DNA of 64,000 nucleotides from NCBI GenBank assembly GCA_951406725.2, contig OX597837.1, forward strand, positions 5,890,001-5,954,000, given 5' to 3'. Made by a program: the position numbers and the translations under genes. Within the stretch, counting starts at the first letter, position 1. Each line of letters begins with the position of its first letter. Source of the DNA: Octopus vulgaris. Lineage: Eukaryota. The notes below the pieces were generated by a model, which had not been told where the DNA came from, did not search any database, and was given only the letters and a program-made list of their open reading frames with translations. Below are positions 1 to 12,820 of the stretch, one piece after another.

Positions 1-444
1 TGAGGATTTGAAAACTGAAACGGGTCAGTGAAAGAGTCCTCGGGAATCATAGTGTTTAAATGATTTAGGAAAAAAAAAAAACGAAAATATATAATTCTTA
101 AATTTTATTTGTTTCACGGATTTAAGGGCTTCAGATATCAAGGGAGAGATAAATGACATCCGCTTGGTTAATTGTACGTCGAGATAAGAATTTGGGACAC
201 ATTGGCCAACAGAAGGAGTTCAACTTGGGACTGGAAAAAATTAAATTATTGCCTTACAGAATTAATTCTCATCCGTCCATAAAAACTGATCAAACACCAC
301 CGGGTCATATAGTAATTACAGACGTATGGGTGTCATGCTATTTAGCTCCTTTAGTTTGGGGCCGCTGGCCCAATTAGCGGGCATGCTGGGGCACAAATGA
401 GAAGTTGTGTATCTGTACAAATCGATACCATTGCCTACATCATT

Positions 445-570
445 TATAAGTCTCGTACTCCTTCTATCGACCCCTTTCCGGTAAGTTACGGTGATGCAAA
501 CAAACCAGCGCCGGTTGTCCAGCTGTGGAAGTAGTAGCAGACGGAGACAAAAGGACACACCCACACATTC
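445..570 (-). mobile_element. Degenerate 3' part of SINE family A
   Basis: tactccttctatcg...aaccagcgccggttgtccagc resembles the reverse complement of the family A copy at 26142-26550. Confidence 0.55.
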
Positions 571-607
571 AATTACCGAAACATTTCTAAATATCTCGAT
601 ATTTCTA

Positions 608-850
608 CGTATGTATGTATGTATGTATGTATGTATGTATGTATGTATGTATGTATGTATGTATGTATGTATGTATGTATGTATGTATGTATGTATGTAT
701 GTATGTATGTGTATGTATGTATGTATGTATGTATATGTGTATGTATGTATGTATATATATGTAGGTATGTATGTATGTGTGTATGTATGGATCTATCTAT
801 CCTTATCTATCTATATGTATGTATGTATGTATCTATCGATCTCTCTAAAT

Positions 851-893
<43 letters not shown>

Positions 894-925
894 TGTATAT
901 TATGTATATATATACATATATATAT
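608..925. repeat. (TATG)n / (TA)n compound microsatellite, representative of dozens of such tracts in the window
   Basis: Directly visible tandem TATG then TA units; source of the spurious MYVCMYVC ORFs. Confidence 0.95.
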
Positions 926-926
926 G

Positions 927-973
927 TGGAGGCACAATGACCCAGTGGTTAGGGCAGCTGACTCGCGGTCGTA
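927..973 (+). mobile_element. tRNA-derived head fragment of SINE family B
   Basis: tggaggcacaatgacccagtggttagggcagctgactcgcggtcgta matches the reverse complement of the head of 24060-24370. Confidence 0.75.
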
Positions 974-1282
974 AAAGCTGATCACGCACCGCCGAGGCAT
1001 ATAGTGATTACAGACGTATAATTGTCATGCTATTTAGGGACCGCAAATCCAATTAGCCCTCCACAGGGGCCAGCTTAAATGCCTGCACGGACTGCGGTTT
1101 TTTAGCAAGTATGTGTTTACATATTAGCGACATGGACGGTATTAATACTTATCGCACTCATTATACGTGACCTCACGTGGATATATTGTTAGATCGACGA
1201 ATAATGTGGTATTTGCCTTGGAATGCTCTCTCTCCTATGTTTGCACACTGCCTAAGAGCACAGACATATATGGTAAAAGACA

Positions 1283-1639
1283 ATAAGATGTAGGAACAAC
1301 AGACCTGACATAACGATTTGGGACCGAGAAGAGAAACTGTGCGCAGTTGTAGAAATTAGCTGCCCAGCGGATGTTAACATAAAGCTGAAGATCTCTCAAA
1401 CAGAGAACACCGATGCTGAACTATTGAGAAATCTACAGTTACTCTATCCAGATTATAAGTTCAGGTTTGTACTTGTAATTATTAAGGCCCTGGGATATGT
1501 AGCACACTATCTAAATACCGATCTTGAGAAATTAGGCTTCTCAAAACCAGAAAGGCGAAAGCTAATTCGAAGACTACAGATTCGACTCCTCATTGGAACT
1601 GTTAAAATATGTAAAAGTTTACAGACAGTTATCGTTTAA
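1283..1639 (+). mobile_element. 3' fragment of a non-LTR retrotransposon with restriction-like endonuclease (R2/R4/CRE group)
   Basis: Translates NNRPDITIWDREEKLCAVVEISCPAD...VIIKALG...LQIRLLIGTVKICK*, i.e. the RPD..D/E RLE signature and GALG-like C-terminus. Confidence 0.8.
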
Positions 1640-1654
1640 ATATATATGAGCATG

Positions 1655-1935
1655 ACAAGATATGCTAAGTTACGGGATATAAACACACCAGCATCGGTTG
1701 TCAAGCGATGGCGGGGGAATAAACACAGGCACACACAGACACACGCGCGCGCGCGCGCGCGCGCGAAAACACACATACAATTGGATTCTTTCAGTTTCCG
1801 TCTTCGAAATCCACTCTCAAGTCTTTGGTCGGCCCGAGGTTATAGGAGGAGACACCTGCGCAAGATTCTACGAAGTGGGACGGAACCCGGAACCATGTGG
1901 TTGGGAAGCAATCTTCTTACCACACATCCACGCCT
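1655..1935 (-). mobile_element. SINE family A copy
   Basis: Reverse complement of the family A head and body (gaacccggaaccatgtgg, ctttcagtttccgtc, caccagcatcggttgtcaagcgatg). Confidence 0.85.
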
Positions 1936-2118
1936 GATGAAATCCACACACACACACACTCACACACACACTCACACATACATATACACACACATATATA
2001 TATATTGACTTGACACACATATATTGTATACTGTGTATGTATATGTATATATGTAGGCAAATGTATAAATGGACGTATATGGATATATGTATACAGACAT
2101 CCGTACATATGTGTGTGC

Positions 2119-2169
<51 letters not shown>

Positions 2170-2667
2170 TATTTGTGTGTTTGAGATAAAGGAAATCAAG
2201 GCTTGATTCTACTACAGCGGTATCTTTGACTCAAGAGGCAATTTCTCTTCCCTCATTAATTCTTCAATTGCAGTCAGAAAATTAATTAATCCCTTATGAT
2301 AAGTCGGAAATATTAGCTCGTTTATTTATGATCATCTTTCAAAACTATCATCATTCCAATAAATACATAGATAGACACGTGTGTATATGTGTGCTTGCGT
2401 GTGTGCTTGTGTGTGTGTGCTTGCGTGTGTGTGTGTATGTGTGTGTGTGTGTGCGTGTGTGTGCACAGGTTTAATTATATGATGTATTTTGCTTAAAGTT
2501 CTGCGTATGAAGACAGAATGAAGACTAACCACGTTACATGAAGAATCATTTTAAAGCGAAACTAAATACTGTAAGACAAAAAAATGTACGGAAGATCTAT
2601 GGAACATCCTACAAATTTATATATATTCTTCACTTGCACATATATGTATTTGTACATATTTACACAT

Positions 2668-2748
<81 letters not shown>

Positions 2749-3021
2749 TATATTATGTATATATATATATATATGTGTGTGTGTGTATGTGTGTGTGTGT
2801 ATGTGTATATATATATATATGCTTATATATATATATATATATATATTACAATTAATTAGAAAAATGACCACTAAGGTGGATCCCTATACGCTAGATCCCT
2901 ATACGTGAAATCGCCTCACCACAAAGAGTGTGTTCTCAAGAAAAAACCCAGCAAACGCCAAAATGTAAAAGAATAAGCAATGCAAATGAAAATTTACAAA
3001 ATAAATTTTAATCTACATATA

Positions 3022-3905
3022 CGTGGTCTCATCAATAAGTATCAGGACTGTTGCCAGAGTAACAATGCTAAAGCACTCAGATTGAAACCGCTTGACACAG
3101 ATCGCCCGTGAACTCTGCAGTTCATGTGCATTAAGTTTTAACGTTCTACTAGCTTCCTTCTGCTGTTTACACCAGTGTTTGCACAGAAGGACGGTAGCAT
3201 GTGATCGTCACATTGAACATGACAGAGAAAGTTGAGCAGAGAAACTGCATAAAATTTTGTCAAAAGCTTAACGATACCTGTTCAGAGGTCTACGCAAAGT
3301 TTTTAAAATGTTTTCATCGTTCTCGACACAATCAAGGTCTTGTGCGAGTGTCTTTTTTGTGAGCAAAAAAATATTTTTGGCACAAACTTGGTAGATACGC
3401 GTCGTATATCCAAATCTTCAGTGATCAGGTACTGAAATGAACTGTAACTAATTTGCACATTCTCTGATGATTTACGGAGGGTGGTTCGACAATTTCCTCT
3501 CACAGCTGCACGCACATCTGCGATGCTTTTCTCAGTTCTGCTAATTGTTGGTCTCCCAGAACCTTCGTCAATAACGATATATTTTCGGCCATCTAGGAAA
3601 CATCTGAACCACTCGAAACACTTGTGTCTGGCTCATACACTCCTCTCCATACACTTTCTGCAAGTTTGCGTAGGCCTCTGAGCAGGTATCGTGTTGACAA
3701 CTTTCTCTGTCACGGTCAAGTGAGAATCACACGCTACACACCTTCCTTTCGGTGACTGCCGTAAACAGCGGAATTAAGCTAGAATGTTAAAACTTAGTGC
3801 ACAAGAACAGCGGAGTTCAAGGTCAATCTTTCCAAGCAGCATCACTCTGCGTGCTTTAGATTCGTTACTATGGCAACAGTCCGGTTATTTATTGATCAAA
3901 CCTCG
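3022..3905. mobile_element. Mariner-derived non-autonomous element built from two inverted left ends
   Basis: TIR cgtggtctcatcaataagtatcaggactg / cagtccggttatttattgatcaaacctcg; N-terminal transposase remnants on both strands (MTEKVEQRNCIKFC on +; QVFEWF...RRVSTKFVPK on -). Confidence 0.85.
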
Positions 3906-3948
3906 AACGTAGATATGTAATAAACACGTACAGATATATTCTTTTATT

Positions 3949-3992
<44 letters not shown>

Positions 3993-4409
3993 CTTGTACA
4001 TATACATACATATATATATATCTACAAAATATAATACATATACACACATGCAAACACACACACGCAGACATACACATATATTAACAGTGACAGGTAGCCT
4101 CGTATATATAAACACAACACACATACACACATACACACATTCTCACAGGCACAAATATATTTTCTCGGGAGAGCAAGGGACAGATCGATAAAGGGATAAA
4201 ATGAGAGAGAGAGAGAAAGAAAGATACGGAGAAAAAGAGAGAGATTGACAGAGATAGAAGGGAAATACGGTGATATATGAGAAAGATTGGTAATGAGAAG
4301 CGAATAGTTAATGTCAGAAAGCAGAATAAACTTTCCATAAATCTATAGATGACAGGACAGGTATAAAAAAATACTTGCTACTTGTGTATACTTATTTATT
4401 CACGCAAGC

Positions 4410-4451
<42 letters not shown>

Positions 4452-5003
4452 TGTGAAATGCTATGGTACAGAAATAAAGATGGAAGATTAAGGAAGAGAC
4501 GTTCGCTACAGGAAATTTCATTGAAGCAGACGACACCAGCCTCCTGCCTATTGAGAATATTTTCTTTGCGTTTTATATGCTTAAATGCTTGATGGCGCTC
4601 TCGTATATGATCGATCAAAACATTATCGCCTCAGAAGAAAACCACCAAGCAAAACAGACAACGAGAATATGTTTACTTGTATATCTATCTATATGTCTGT
4701 CTGTCTATGTATGTATGTATGTATGTATGTATGTATGTATGTATGTATGTATGTATGTATGTATCTATCTATCTATCTATCAATCTATCTGTCTATCTAT
4801 TTGTCTATGTATGTATGTATCTATCTATACAAACAGGCACGCACATATATGTATAAATATATATATTTACGTGCAATTACTCTATATACATGAACAAGCA
4901 CACATACATATGTACATACATATCTCTCTATATATATATGTATAGAAATATGTTTATCTATGTATCTATGTATACATATAAACGCAAATACACGTGCAAA
5001 TTC

Positions 5004-5055
<52 letters not shown>

Positions 5056-5069
5056 TGAGAGAGAGAGCG

Positions 5070-5411
5070 ATTTAGATGAATATGGTACTTAAGTTGAGGC
5101 ACCAGAATTTGTTCGGTATTATCCATACAATTTCAAAGTTAGTTGATTAAAATCAAAATAAGCAACAAGTATATCCAGAGGTAATGCATTACGATCGTTT
5201 CATGCAACTTCATTTAATTGAACAATGCAATCATTACATTAATTTAAAATACAGACCAATCTTCAGCTGCACAAAGACATAGAATTTAATTAAATTAGAA
5301 CAGATGGACACAGTAGTATAATTATATCTAAAATTGCATTGTTCAATTAAATGGAGTTGCATGAAACGATCGTACTGCATTACCTCTGGATATCCTTGTT
5401 GCTTATTTTGA
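5070..5411 (-). mobile_element. Penelope-like fold-back island with hammerhead motif
   Basis: Inverted arms 5153-5231 / 5333-5411 (3 mismatches in 79); tail homologous to 20088-20189; hammerhead inside. Confidence 0.7.
5185..5271 (-). ncRNA. Type I hammerhead ribozyme candidate
   Basis: Minus strand: ugcag CUGAAGA [long imperfect stem II] GAAAC GAUC GUA augca; the inverted arm preserves cugca, the perfect stem I partner. Confidence 0.65.
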
Positions 5412-5571
5412 CATATATATATGAGCCAGGTTTATAAATTTACATATTAAATATATATTTTTCCATCTAGGTATTGAGTTCGTTTATAATATATTTGTAG
5501 TAACAGCGTAAACGTAAATTAACAGAAATATTCACTACTAAAGTTCTCTTTTACACTTTGTCTGTCTTTAA

Positions 5572-5602
<31 letters not shown>

Positions 5603-5659
5603 TGTATGTATGTATGTATATATATGTGTGTATATATGTTTGCGTGTTTGTTTGTATGT

Positions 5660-5880
5660 GTGTGGTTTCTTGCGTGTGACTGTCTCTCCCCACTTCTTGA
5701 CAACCGGTTTTTTTTATTTTAGTCCCCACAGCATAGCATTTCAGCAAAGCGAGAACGATAGAATGAATGACACATGACCAAAAAAGAATTTAAAAAATCC
5801 AAGTACTGGCACCAATTCGTTTGACTAAACAATTCAAGTTGATGCGGGAGCATGGCCGCAGTCCAATGAATGAAACAATT
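5660..5880 (+). mobile_element. SINE family A 3' part, diverged
   Basis: cttgacaaccgg...gagcatggccgcagtccaatgaatgaaacaa. Confidence 0.7.
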
Positions 5881-6434
5881 AAAATTCCAAAACGTAGAAT
5901 ACTAAGAGAATGTACGCGCGCACGTGTGTGTTTGTGCGTGCACGAGCTGGTGTGTGTGTATGTGTGTGTGTGTAGAAAGGAATATGAACGCCTGTGTATG
6001 TATCTGTACACAGACATTCTATCGTTGCAACGTCGAAACACGAAGTCAATTCATTCGACCGCCATTACAATAGACGCTGCACTTAATGTCGACTGATTTC
6101 CGACTTGTCAACTTAAGAAATACTATAGATTCTCGTTGTTGTTGTTGATGATGATGATGATAATGATGTTGTTGTTGTTGTTTCTGTTTCAGCTGCTTCT
6201 GCTATGTTCGTTGTTGTTGTTGCTGTTATTATTGTTCAACACAAAATCGATAGTAATCAAACAGGCACTTCAATTATATCTGTATCAACGACTCCAAATA
6301 CACAATGTCACCTTTACGTTTTCGATAAAGCACTAGTGATTTAGCTGATAGCGATTTGGACCCTACTTCTCTCTGATCGTGGCAACACCTGGGTTAATAT
6401 CGTTATTGTTGATTGACCCCACCTCTTATCCCTT

Positions 6435-6630
6435 ACCTGTGTCAGTCATTAGATTGTAGTCATGCTGTGGCACCGCCTGTAAAGAGATTTTGGTCGAACG
6501 AATCGACCTCAGTACATTTGTTTTAAGGCTGTTACTTATACGACTGCTCTCTTTTTCCGGAAGTTTGTGTTACAGTGACGTAAACAAACCAGCACCGGTT
6601 GTCACGCAGTGGAGGGAGATAAATACACAC
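6435..6630 (-). mobile_element. SINE family A 3' part, diverged
   Basis: tcagtcatt...catgctgtggcaccgcc...gacgtaaacaaaccagcaccggttgtca. Confidence 0.7.
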
Positions 6631-6939
6631 ACACATACACTCACATATATATTTATATCAACACCCTGTATACATATATGAACTCGACAACTACCACGTC
6701 TGAACAACCAGATACACACATATAGGCATGCATATATGTATGTACGTACGTACGTATGTATGTATGTATGTATGTATGTATGTATGTATGTATGTATGTA
6801 TGTACGTACGTATGCCCCTACTGTTTTTTTTATTATTTAAATTCTTGCTCTTAGGAAGGAGCTAGTTTCTAACAAAGATAGAAATCACCATCTTTGGAAT
6901 GGAGATAACGAAAACCATGTCACATTCTAAACTTGAGAA

Positions 6940-7610
6940 AAGTCTTGCATATATTTATTGTTCCACTTACATATAGTATTTGTAATGTGCGTGTTCGTTG
7001 GTTGATTTCTTTTTCTGAAAGTTCTAACCGATCCAGATTGTCACTAAACGTTTACGCACAAAACCTAGTTCATCAATTTCTGGCATATATGTGAATTTAT
7101 AATCTTCTTACAGAAGCTGGATGTTTCGAAGCATTTAACCATAGTTCTCATTTTTCTCTTTGATTTTCAAAAACGTTATACGCCCCAGCAGGATACCTGA
7201 CTTCTATGACGGTACATAATCCTTGTTTCATCCCTAATAATAATATCTGGCCTGTTATTCTTACACTTGACAGATGTTTTGATCGGAACGTTCCATCAGT
7301 TTTCCTTGTGTTGATGATTGCGTATGCATTCAATAAGAAAAGATCCTCTATATTTATTCAACGATAATTTTTCTTTTTTACGAATGATGTATATTATTTT
7401 TGCAACAACGTCGTTTTGCATAGGGGGTGTTATCTTGTTGAAAGTTTTGGGGCAGCTGCTAATCACATGTGTGTTGTCTTGCACAGAAACTTTACATAAT
7501 CTACATTTCTTCAACAAATAGTCCTTTCTGCTTCCCATATGCTGTTTATATCCTAAGTAGATCGAGTGTAAATATGAACAGCATATGGGAACCGGTATTA
7601 AGGAAGGATA
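6940..7610 (-). mobile_element. Decayed RLE-type LINE 3' region (CCHC finger + endonuclease), related to 1283-1639
   Basis: KCRLCKVSVQDNTHVISSCP zinc finger, then CKNNRPDIII, VIEVRYPA and MLRNIQLL in shifting frames with stops. Confidence 0.75.
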
Positions 7611-7658
7611 GGAGAATATTAGATTTATAAGGCCTAAAAGTCTCTCAATAACTATCCA

Positions 7659-7728
7659 CGGGCATATGACGTAGTGGTTAAGAGCGCAGACTACTAACTC
7701 CAAGATTCCGAGTTCGATTCCAACCAGT

Positions 7729-7729
<1 letters not shown>
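7659..7729 (+). mobile_element. tRNA-derived SINE-like head (pol III A/B boxes), not a functional tRNA
   Basis: tgacgtagtggttaagagcg (A box), gagttcgattcc (B box); acceptor stem not pairable; runs into (TAA)n. Confidence 0.65.
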
Positions 7730-7780
<51 letters not shown>

Positions 7781-7781
<1 letters not shown>

Positions 7782-8323
7782 TGCCCTGATGCAGTACCAG
7801 GTAGTGGCTTTCATGGCTTCTGATCTTAACTGATTAGAAGTGTTATCATGTACATTGTTTGTCTTGGTATAAAGGATGGGCTACAGCAAATATTCTGCTC
7901 AATATCACAGATTTGCTTGTCAGTTGTTTGACCTTAACCAGTTGAGCATGTCCCTTAGTGGCTGACGATATGTGTATCTGTGATCACGAGCAGAAGTAGT
8001 GGTGGAGCATCATAGCCATGTGTTGAGAGGGATTCTTTGGGGTTTGAATAATTCACCTCTGGAAACATGGGTGTTTCATTCAACATCCTTAAACAACCCT
8101 TATTCAGGGACCTTTTGAGCAGGATGGGTTACTCGATCTGAAGAAAATTCTAAGTGGGCCTCACCTGCTAGGTCATGTGCTGTTTATCTTGATAGTCGCG
8201 CACATATGGTTGTGATGCATGTGCCTAGTGTACCCTTATCAGACGGGTAGTCATGATGGGTATACTGGGCTTCGTATATTTTACCCCAGTGTCACTTTGA
8301 TGGCATGCACTGCTCTCTCACTC
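7781..8323 (+). mobile_element. Non-coding interspersed repeat inserted in (TAA)n
   Basis: Flanked on both sides by (TAA)n; second copy at 41941-42416 in reverse orientation; strand inferred from TAA polarity only. Confidence 0.8.
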
Positions 8324-8406
<83 letters not shown>

Positions 8407-8467
8407 TAATAGTAATAACATCGAAAAATACCTTAAGTATGAGAACCCAGGTTCGAAATTTCCCCAA

Positions 8468-8513
8468 GACACCTGATGAAAGCTCGAAGGTATATCTGCC
8501 GAAACCTTGTGTT
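8468..8513 (+). ncRNA. Degenerate minimal hammerhead motif (Penelope pLTR-like)
   Basis: gacac CUGAUGA a...gcc GAAAC cuu guguu; stem I gacac/guguu; stem II and cleavage triplet mutated. Confidence 0.5.
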
Positions 8514-9295
8514 AACAACTAACAAGATGAGGACAAATATCCGTCAAATGTAAATAATGTAAATAATGTAAATAATTCCTTAAATCTTAAACATAGAACT
8601 GCACTCACATCTCTGTCTCTCTCTCCCCTTTCAATTATCCCACTCACTCACGTACTCTCTCTAGACCCCTTTCTTATTTTCCTCTCCTTTCTTAATCTGT
8701 CATTAAATTTATCCCCCACAGTGATGAAGCAGACGTGCACCACTTCCATCCTGACCCCGGTTTATAAAGAAGAATCTACGTGTGAGGGCTCTTTCTCTTT
8801 CGTTCGCAAACTCTCACCCGTATTCTCATCACCTCAGCTCTTTCTCTTTCTCCATTAGTCTACAATTCTGTCCTCTTCTTTCTTTACCTGTATCTATATA
8901 TTTCCATCGATCTGTGAGTGTGTAGTTTCAAGGTATGCGATGCATGTACACCTCAATGCTCACTTCTTCCACATTACTCAGACTCTCCATTTCCTCTCCC
9001 CCCTCTCTCTCTCTCTCTCTGTTCCTGTTCCACCGTCTATTTCTCCTCTTCTCTCTCCTATCTATTTATCATACTCTCTCTCTCTCTTACTTTCACTTCC
9101 GTTCACATCGACGTATTTGTCACACCTTCTTTGTCCTGATATCTATCAAGTTGCTTGCAATATGCTACATGGGCGAGCATATATATACAAACACATGCAC
9201 ACATACATATACATTCATACATGCATACATACACGTACATTTAGGTATGTATGTATGTGTATGTGCTTGTTACATGCGCACATGCATTCATACAT

Positions 9296-9332
<37 letters not shown>

Positions 9333-9522
9333 TATATACATATATATGTGTATATATATATACATCTATATATATATATGTATATATATATGTATATATA
9401 TACATATATATACATATATATATATATATAGATGTATATATATACATATATATATGTATATATGTATATATATATGTATATATATATACATATATACAAT
9501 GTATATATATATGTATATATAC

Positions 9523-9557
<35 letters not shown>

Positions 9558-9612
9558 GATGTATATATATACATATATATATGTATATATGTATATATAT
9601 ATGTATATATGT

Positions 9613-9671
<59 letters not shown>

Positions 9672-9702
9672 TACATATATATATGTATATGTATATATAT
9701 TT

Positions 9703-9745
<43 letters not shown>

Positions 9746-9951
9746 CCGGATGTACTTCTCCAAGCTTCTTCCTTCGCTCTCTTCTTTTACTTTTTTCTCC
9801 ATGTCCTTCAGTTGCACGAAACCACGTTATCCAATTAATGCTCACTGAACCTTCCTGTGCAAATATCTATACATGCGTACACGTTATACACACCTGCACA
9901 CACACACACATACACACGCATACACATGCACTCAACCCCATATATATATAT

Positions 9952-10066
<115 letters not shown>

Positions 10067-10272
10067 TAGATATAGATATATATATACATGTGCATATACA
10101 TGTTTACATATATGTATACGTACATGTACATATATGCATGCACAAATCCTTCTCCTAATGTTCTCCTCTCTCCATCACTCTTTCTCTCTTTCTCCTTCTC
10201 ATTCTCTCTCTCTCCTTCTCTCTTTGCACGTATATATATGTGGGAATGTGCGTGTGCGTGTACTTTAACTAA

Positions 10273-10327
<55 letters not shown>

Positions 10328-11274
10328 TCTCTGAGCTTTAAGAAATAAATCAATAGACTTTCGATCTGATGATTCACTCTCTATATTTATCTAAGAATTC
10401 TTAACGGCTGAACGGTTAAGACATAGCGCTGTGAACTGATAAACACGTTTATTTCTACCTGTACAGTCTTTACCTGTAACTCAAACACACGGATCACTAC
10501 TCGGTCAAGATGCTTGAGTGACTTCGAAAGCTGGTATACTTTCATACGTGTACTTTGGCACCCCAACATTTTCCTTATCACGTAGTCGACACAGCGGTGT
10601 GCTGAATCAAAGAAAGGTGTCACTATCTAAATTAGCTTTGTTGTGAGCGAGGATAGATCGACGTATGTCAAAGTAGTAGATGGAAGGTGACGCCTTTGTT
10701 AATCCTCCACAGTCGCCGATGTAAAAGTTACAAACTCACGACTCCCAGTGTTAAAATTGGCCATACTTGTATGAAAGATTTTATACGCCTCACTATGCAC
10801 TTACGAGTAAATTCCATCTAGGCAAGGATGAGTCTCTACGCAGTGACTTCTAATATAGTTTTATACAGTCTAAAGGAAAAGGTTGTTCTTAGTTGAAATG
10901 ATTCCATCAGAATTTATTGGGAATATGGCTCCATTTAAAAGTTTTTGGTTCAATTTGTAGACCGAATGCTCTTTTACAAAGCATCGGACCATCTACGTTA
11001 CTAGTTTCAAAAGGTGCAGCAATAGAGAATTTCGTGTGGGAATATAAATTACAATTCGGCAATTCAAGGTGATACAAGATACACGAATGCTTCAGTATCT
11101 TTGAGGTAACAATCGCATGATCAAACCATGTCAAGCTTGGTCATTGATCCACATGCCGATGGAAAATGAGGAGCAATATATGGTGTGTGCGTGTATGCGT
11201 AAGTATGTATATATATGTATGCATGTATGTATGTATATGTATATCTATCTATCTATCTATCTATATATATATCA

Positions 11275-11373
<99 letters not shown>

Positions 11374-11388
11374 AATCTATCTATCTAT

Positions 11389-11439
<51 letters not shown>

Positions 11440-11440
<1 letters not shown>

Positions 11441-11637
11441 CAGGACGCCATGATAGATCGTTAGCTCTTACACGCATTTTTTTCTCTCCTTGTTTCTCTC
11501 CTTATTTTTTTCTGTGTATCTTTCTGTCGAAGAGCGTAGGCTCGAAACGTAAATGACTTTTTCTATTTCTATACTAATACATTTGTTTGTTTGTACTCCA
11601 CATGCCTTCATTTTTTGTTTATTTTCGTAAACTTTCC

Positions 11638-11640
<3 letters not shown>
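11440..11640 (+). mobile_element. Penelope-like pLTR fragment with minimal hammerhead variant
   Basis: ucuuu CUGUCGA a gagc guag gcuc GAAAC GUA at 11519-11551; relatives at 12425-12550(-), 20676-20730, 21205-21410, 32610-32660; all in (TA)n. Confidence 0.65.
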
Positions 11641-11697
<57 letters not shown>

Positions 11698-11715
11698 ATA
11701 TATATATATATATAG

Positions 11716-12117
11716 AAGAGTGTAATCCATTACGAAGGATATGTTATAAATAATCTTAATTATTTATGAATATATCAATGGGCAAACATGTTATCATAAA
11801 ATATGAAGAAGAAAAGCGTTTACAATTATGAACAAGTCACAATTATACTTAATAGGGTTAAAAAACCATTACATGTTAAAAATAGCAGCCAAAATCTGAC
11901 GTGGCGAATGGGTCCCTTAATTGGTCTCAAACGCCGAAATTGAAATAGTTGAGGATTCTACTTGCCGTGTCACCCGAGGATAGGTTTTATCGTGAGAATT
12001 TATACGAATAATTAATGGAATTATAGCGGTTTTGGCTGCTATTTTTAACATGTAAAGGTTCTTTAACCCTCTTAGTTATAATTGCGTCTTGTTCATAATT
12101 ATAAACGTTTTTTCGTC

Positions 12118-12124
<7 letters not shown>
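11716..12124. mobile_element. Fold-back island in (TA)n with internal hammerhead-like motif
   Basis: Inverted arms about 11801-11894 / 12030-12124; CUGACGU ggcg..cgcc GAAAU ugaa AUA at 11896-11947. Confidence 0.6.
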
Positions 12125-12162
<38 letters not shown>

Positions 12163-12383
12163 TTAACAATTAAGGATAACTTCTTAATAAGGAATCTTAA
12201 CTAGAAATTATCAGGTAGTTAGCGTGAAAAACCTCATAAGAGAAAAAATTCTAAAATAACTTTTTTCTTTTGAACATATTAATTTATATTATATAGAGGG
12301 CATTATTACACATAAATGCCTCACACTAAGAGGGACATAAGACATTACTACCAAAAATTTCACTAATCATACCCAATGCAGTT

Positions 12384-12415
<32 letters not shown>

Positions 12416-12424
12416 ATATATATA

Positions 12425-12820
12425 TAAAAAACAACAAAAGACAAAAGACGAAAACAGGTGTATGAACAAGAAGCAAGTGCATTAGTGTGACATTGGGGGA
12501 AAATGAAGAAGTCTTTTACGTTTCGAGCTTACGCTCTTCAACAGGAAAGAATAAGAATGAGAAGAAATAAAAACAAATTATGAATAAAACGTGTAACGTA
12601 CGGAGTAAGAAAGGTTAGAAAGTTCGAAATGTTCAAAAAGTTCAAAAGTTCAAGGAAATCCGTGAAGGTAGCGTCAGTAGATCCGGGTGGTAATCCGGGT
12701 GGGGTGCTGGTATGTGGATGAGGAGAGGTGGTGAAAGTTCGGAAAGTGGTTAAGAGATGCAAGTCCAGCGAGTAGGAAGTTCATTCCGGATCATACTGGG
12801 GTAACCACGTGAGCGTATAA
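12425..12820 (-). mobile_element. Penelope-like 3' fragment with minimal hammerhead variant
   Basis: Minus 12550-12512: ucuuuc CUGUUGA a gagc guaa gcuc GAAAC GUA aaaga; upstream decayed coding-like RSRGYP. Confidence 0.6.

Noticed and set aside
1-30. Possible hammerhead 3' half (tgag..gaaac gg gtc)
   Set aside because: Core and stem I are cut off by the window edge; cannot be evaluated
7659-7729. Functional tRNA gene
   Set aside because: No acceptor stem and no terminator; runs into TAA repeats
10387-10860. Possible very old CR1/L2-type RT C-terminal remnant on the minus strand
   Set aside because: Only vague motif echoes; not supportable without a profile search
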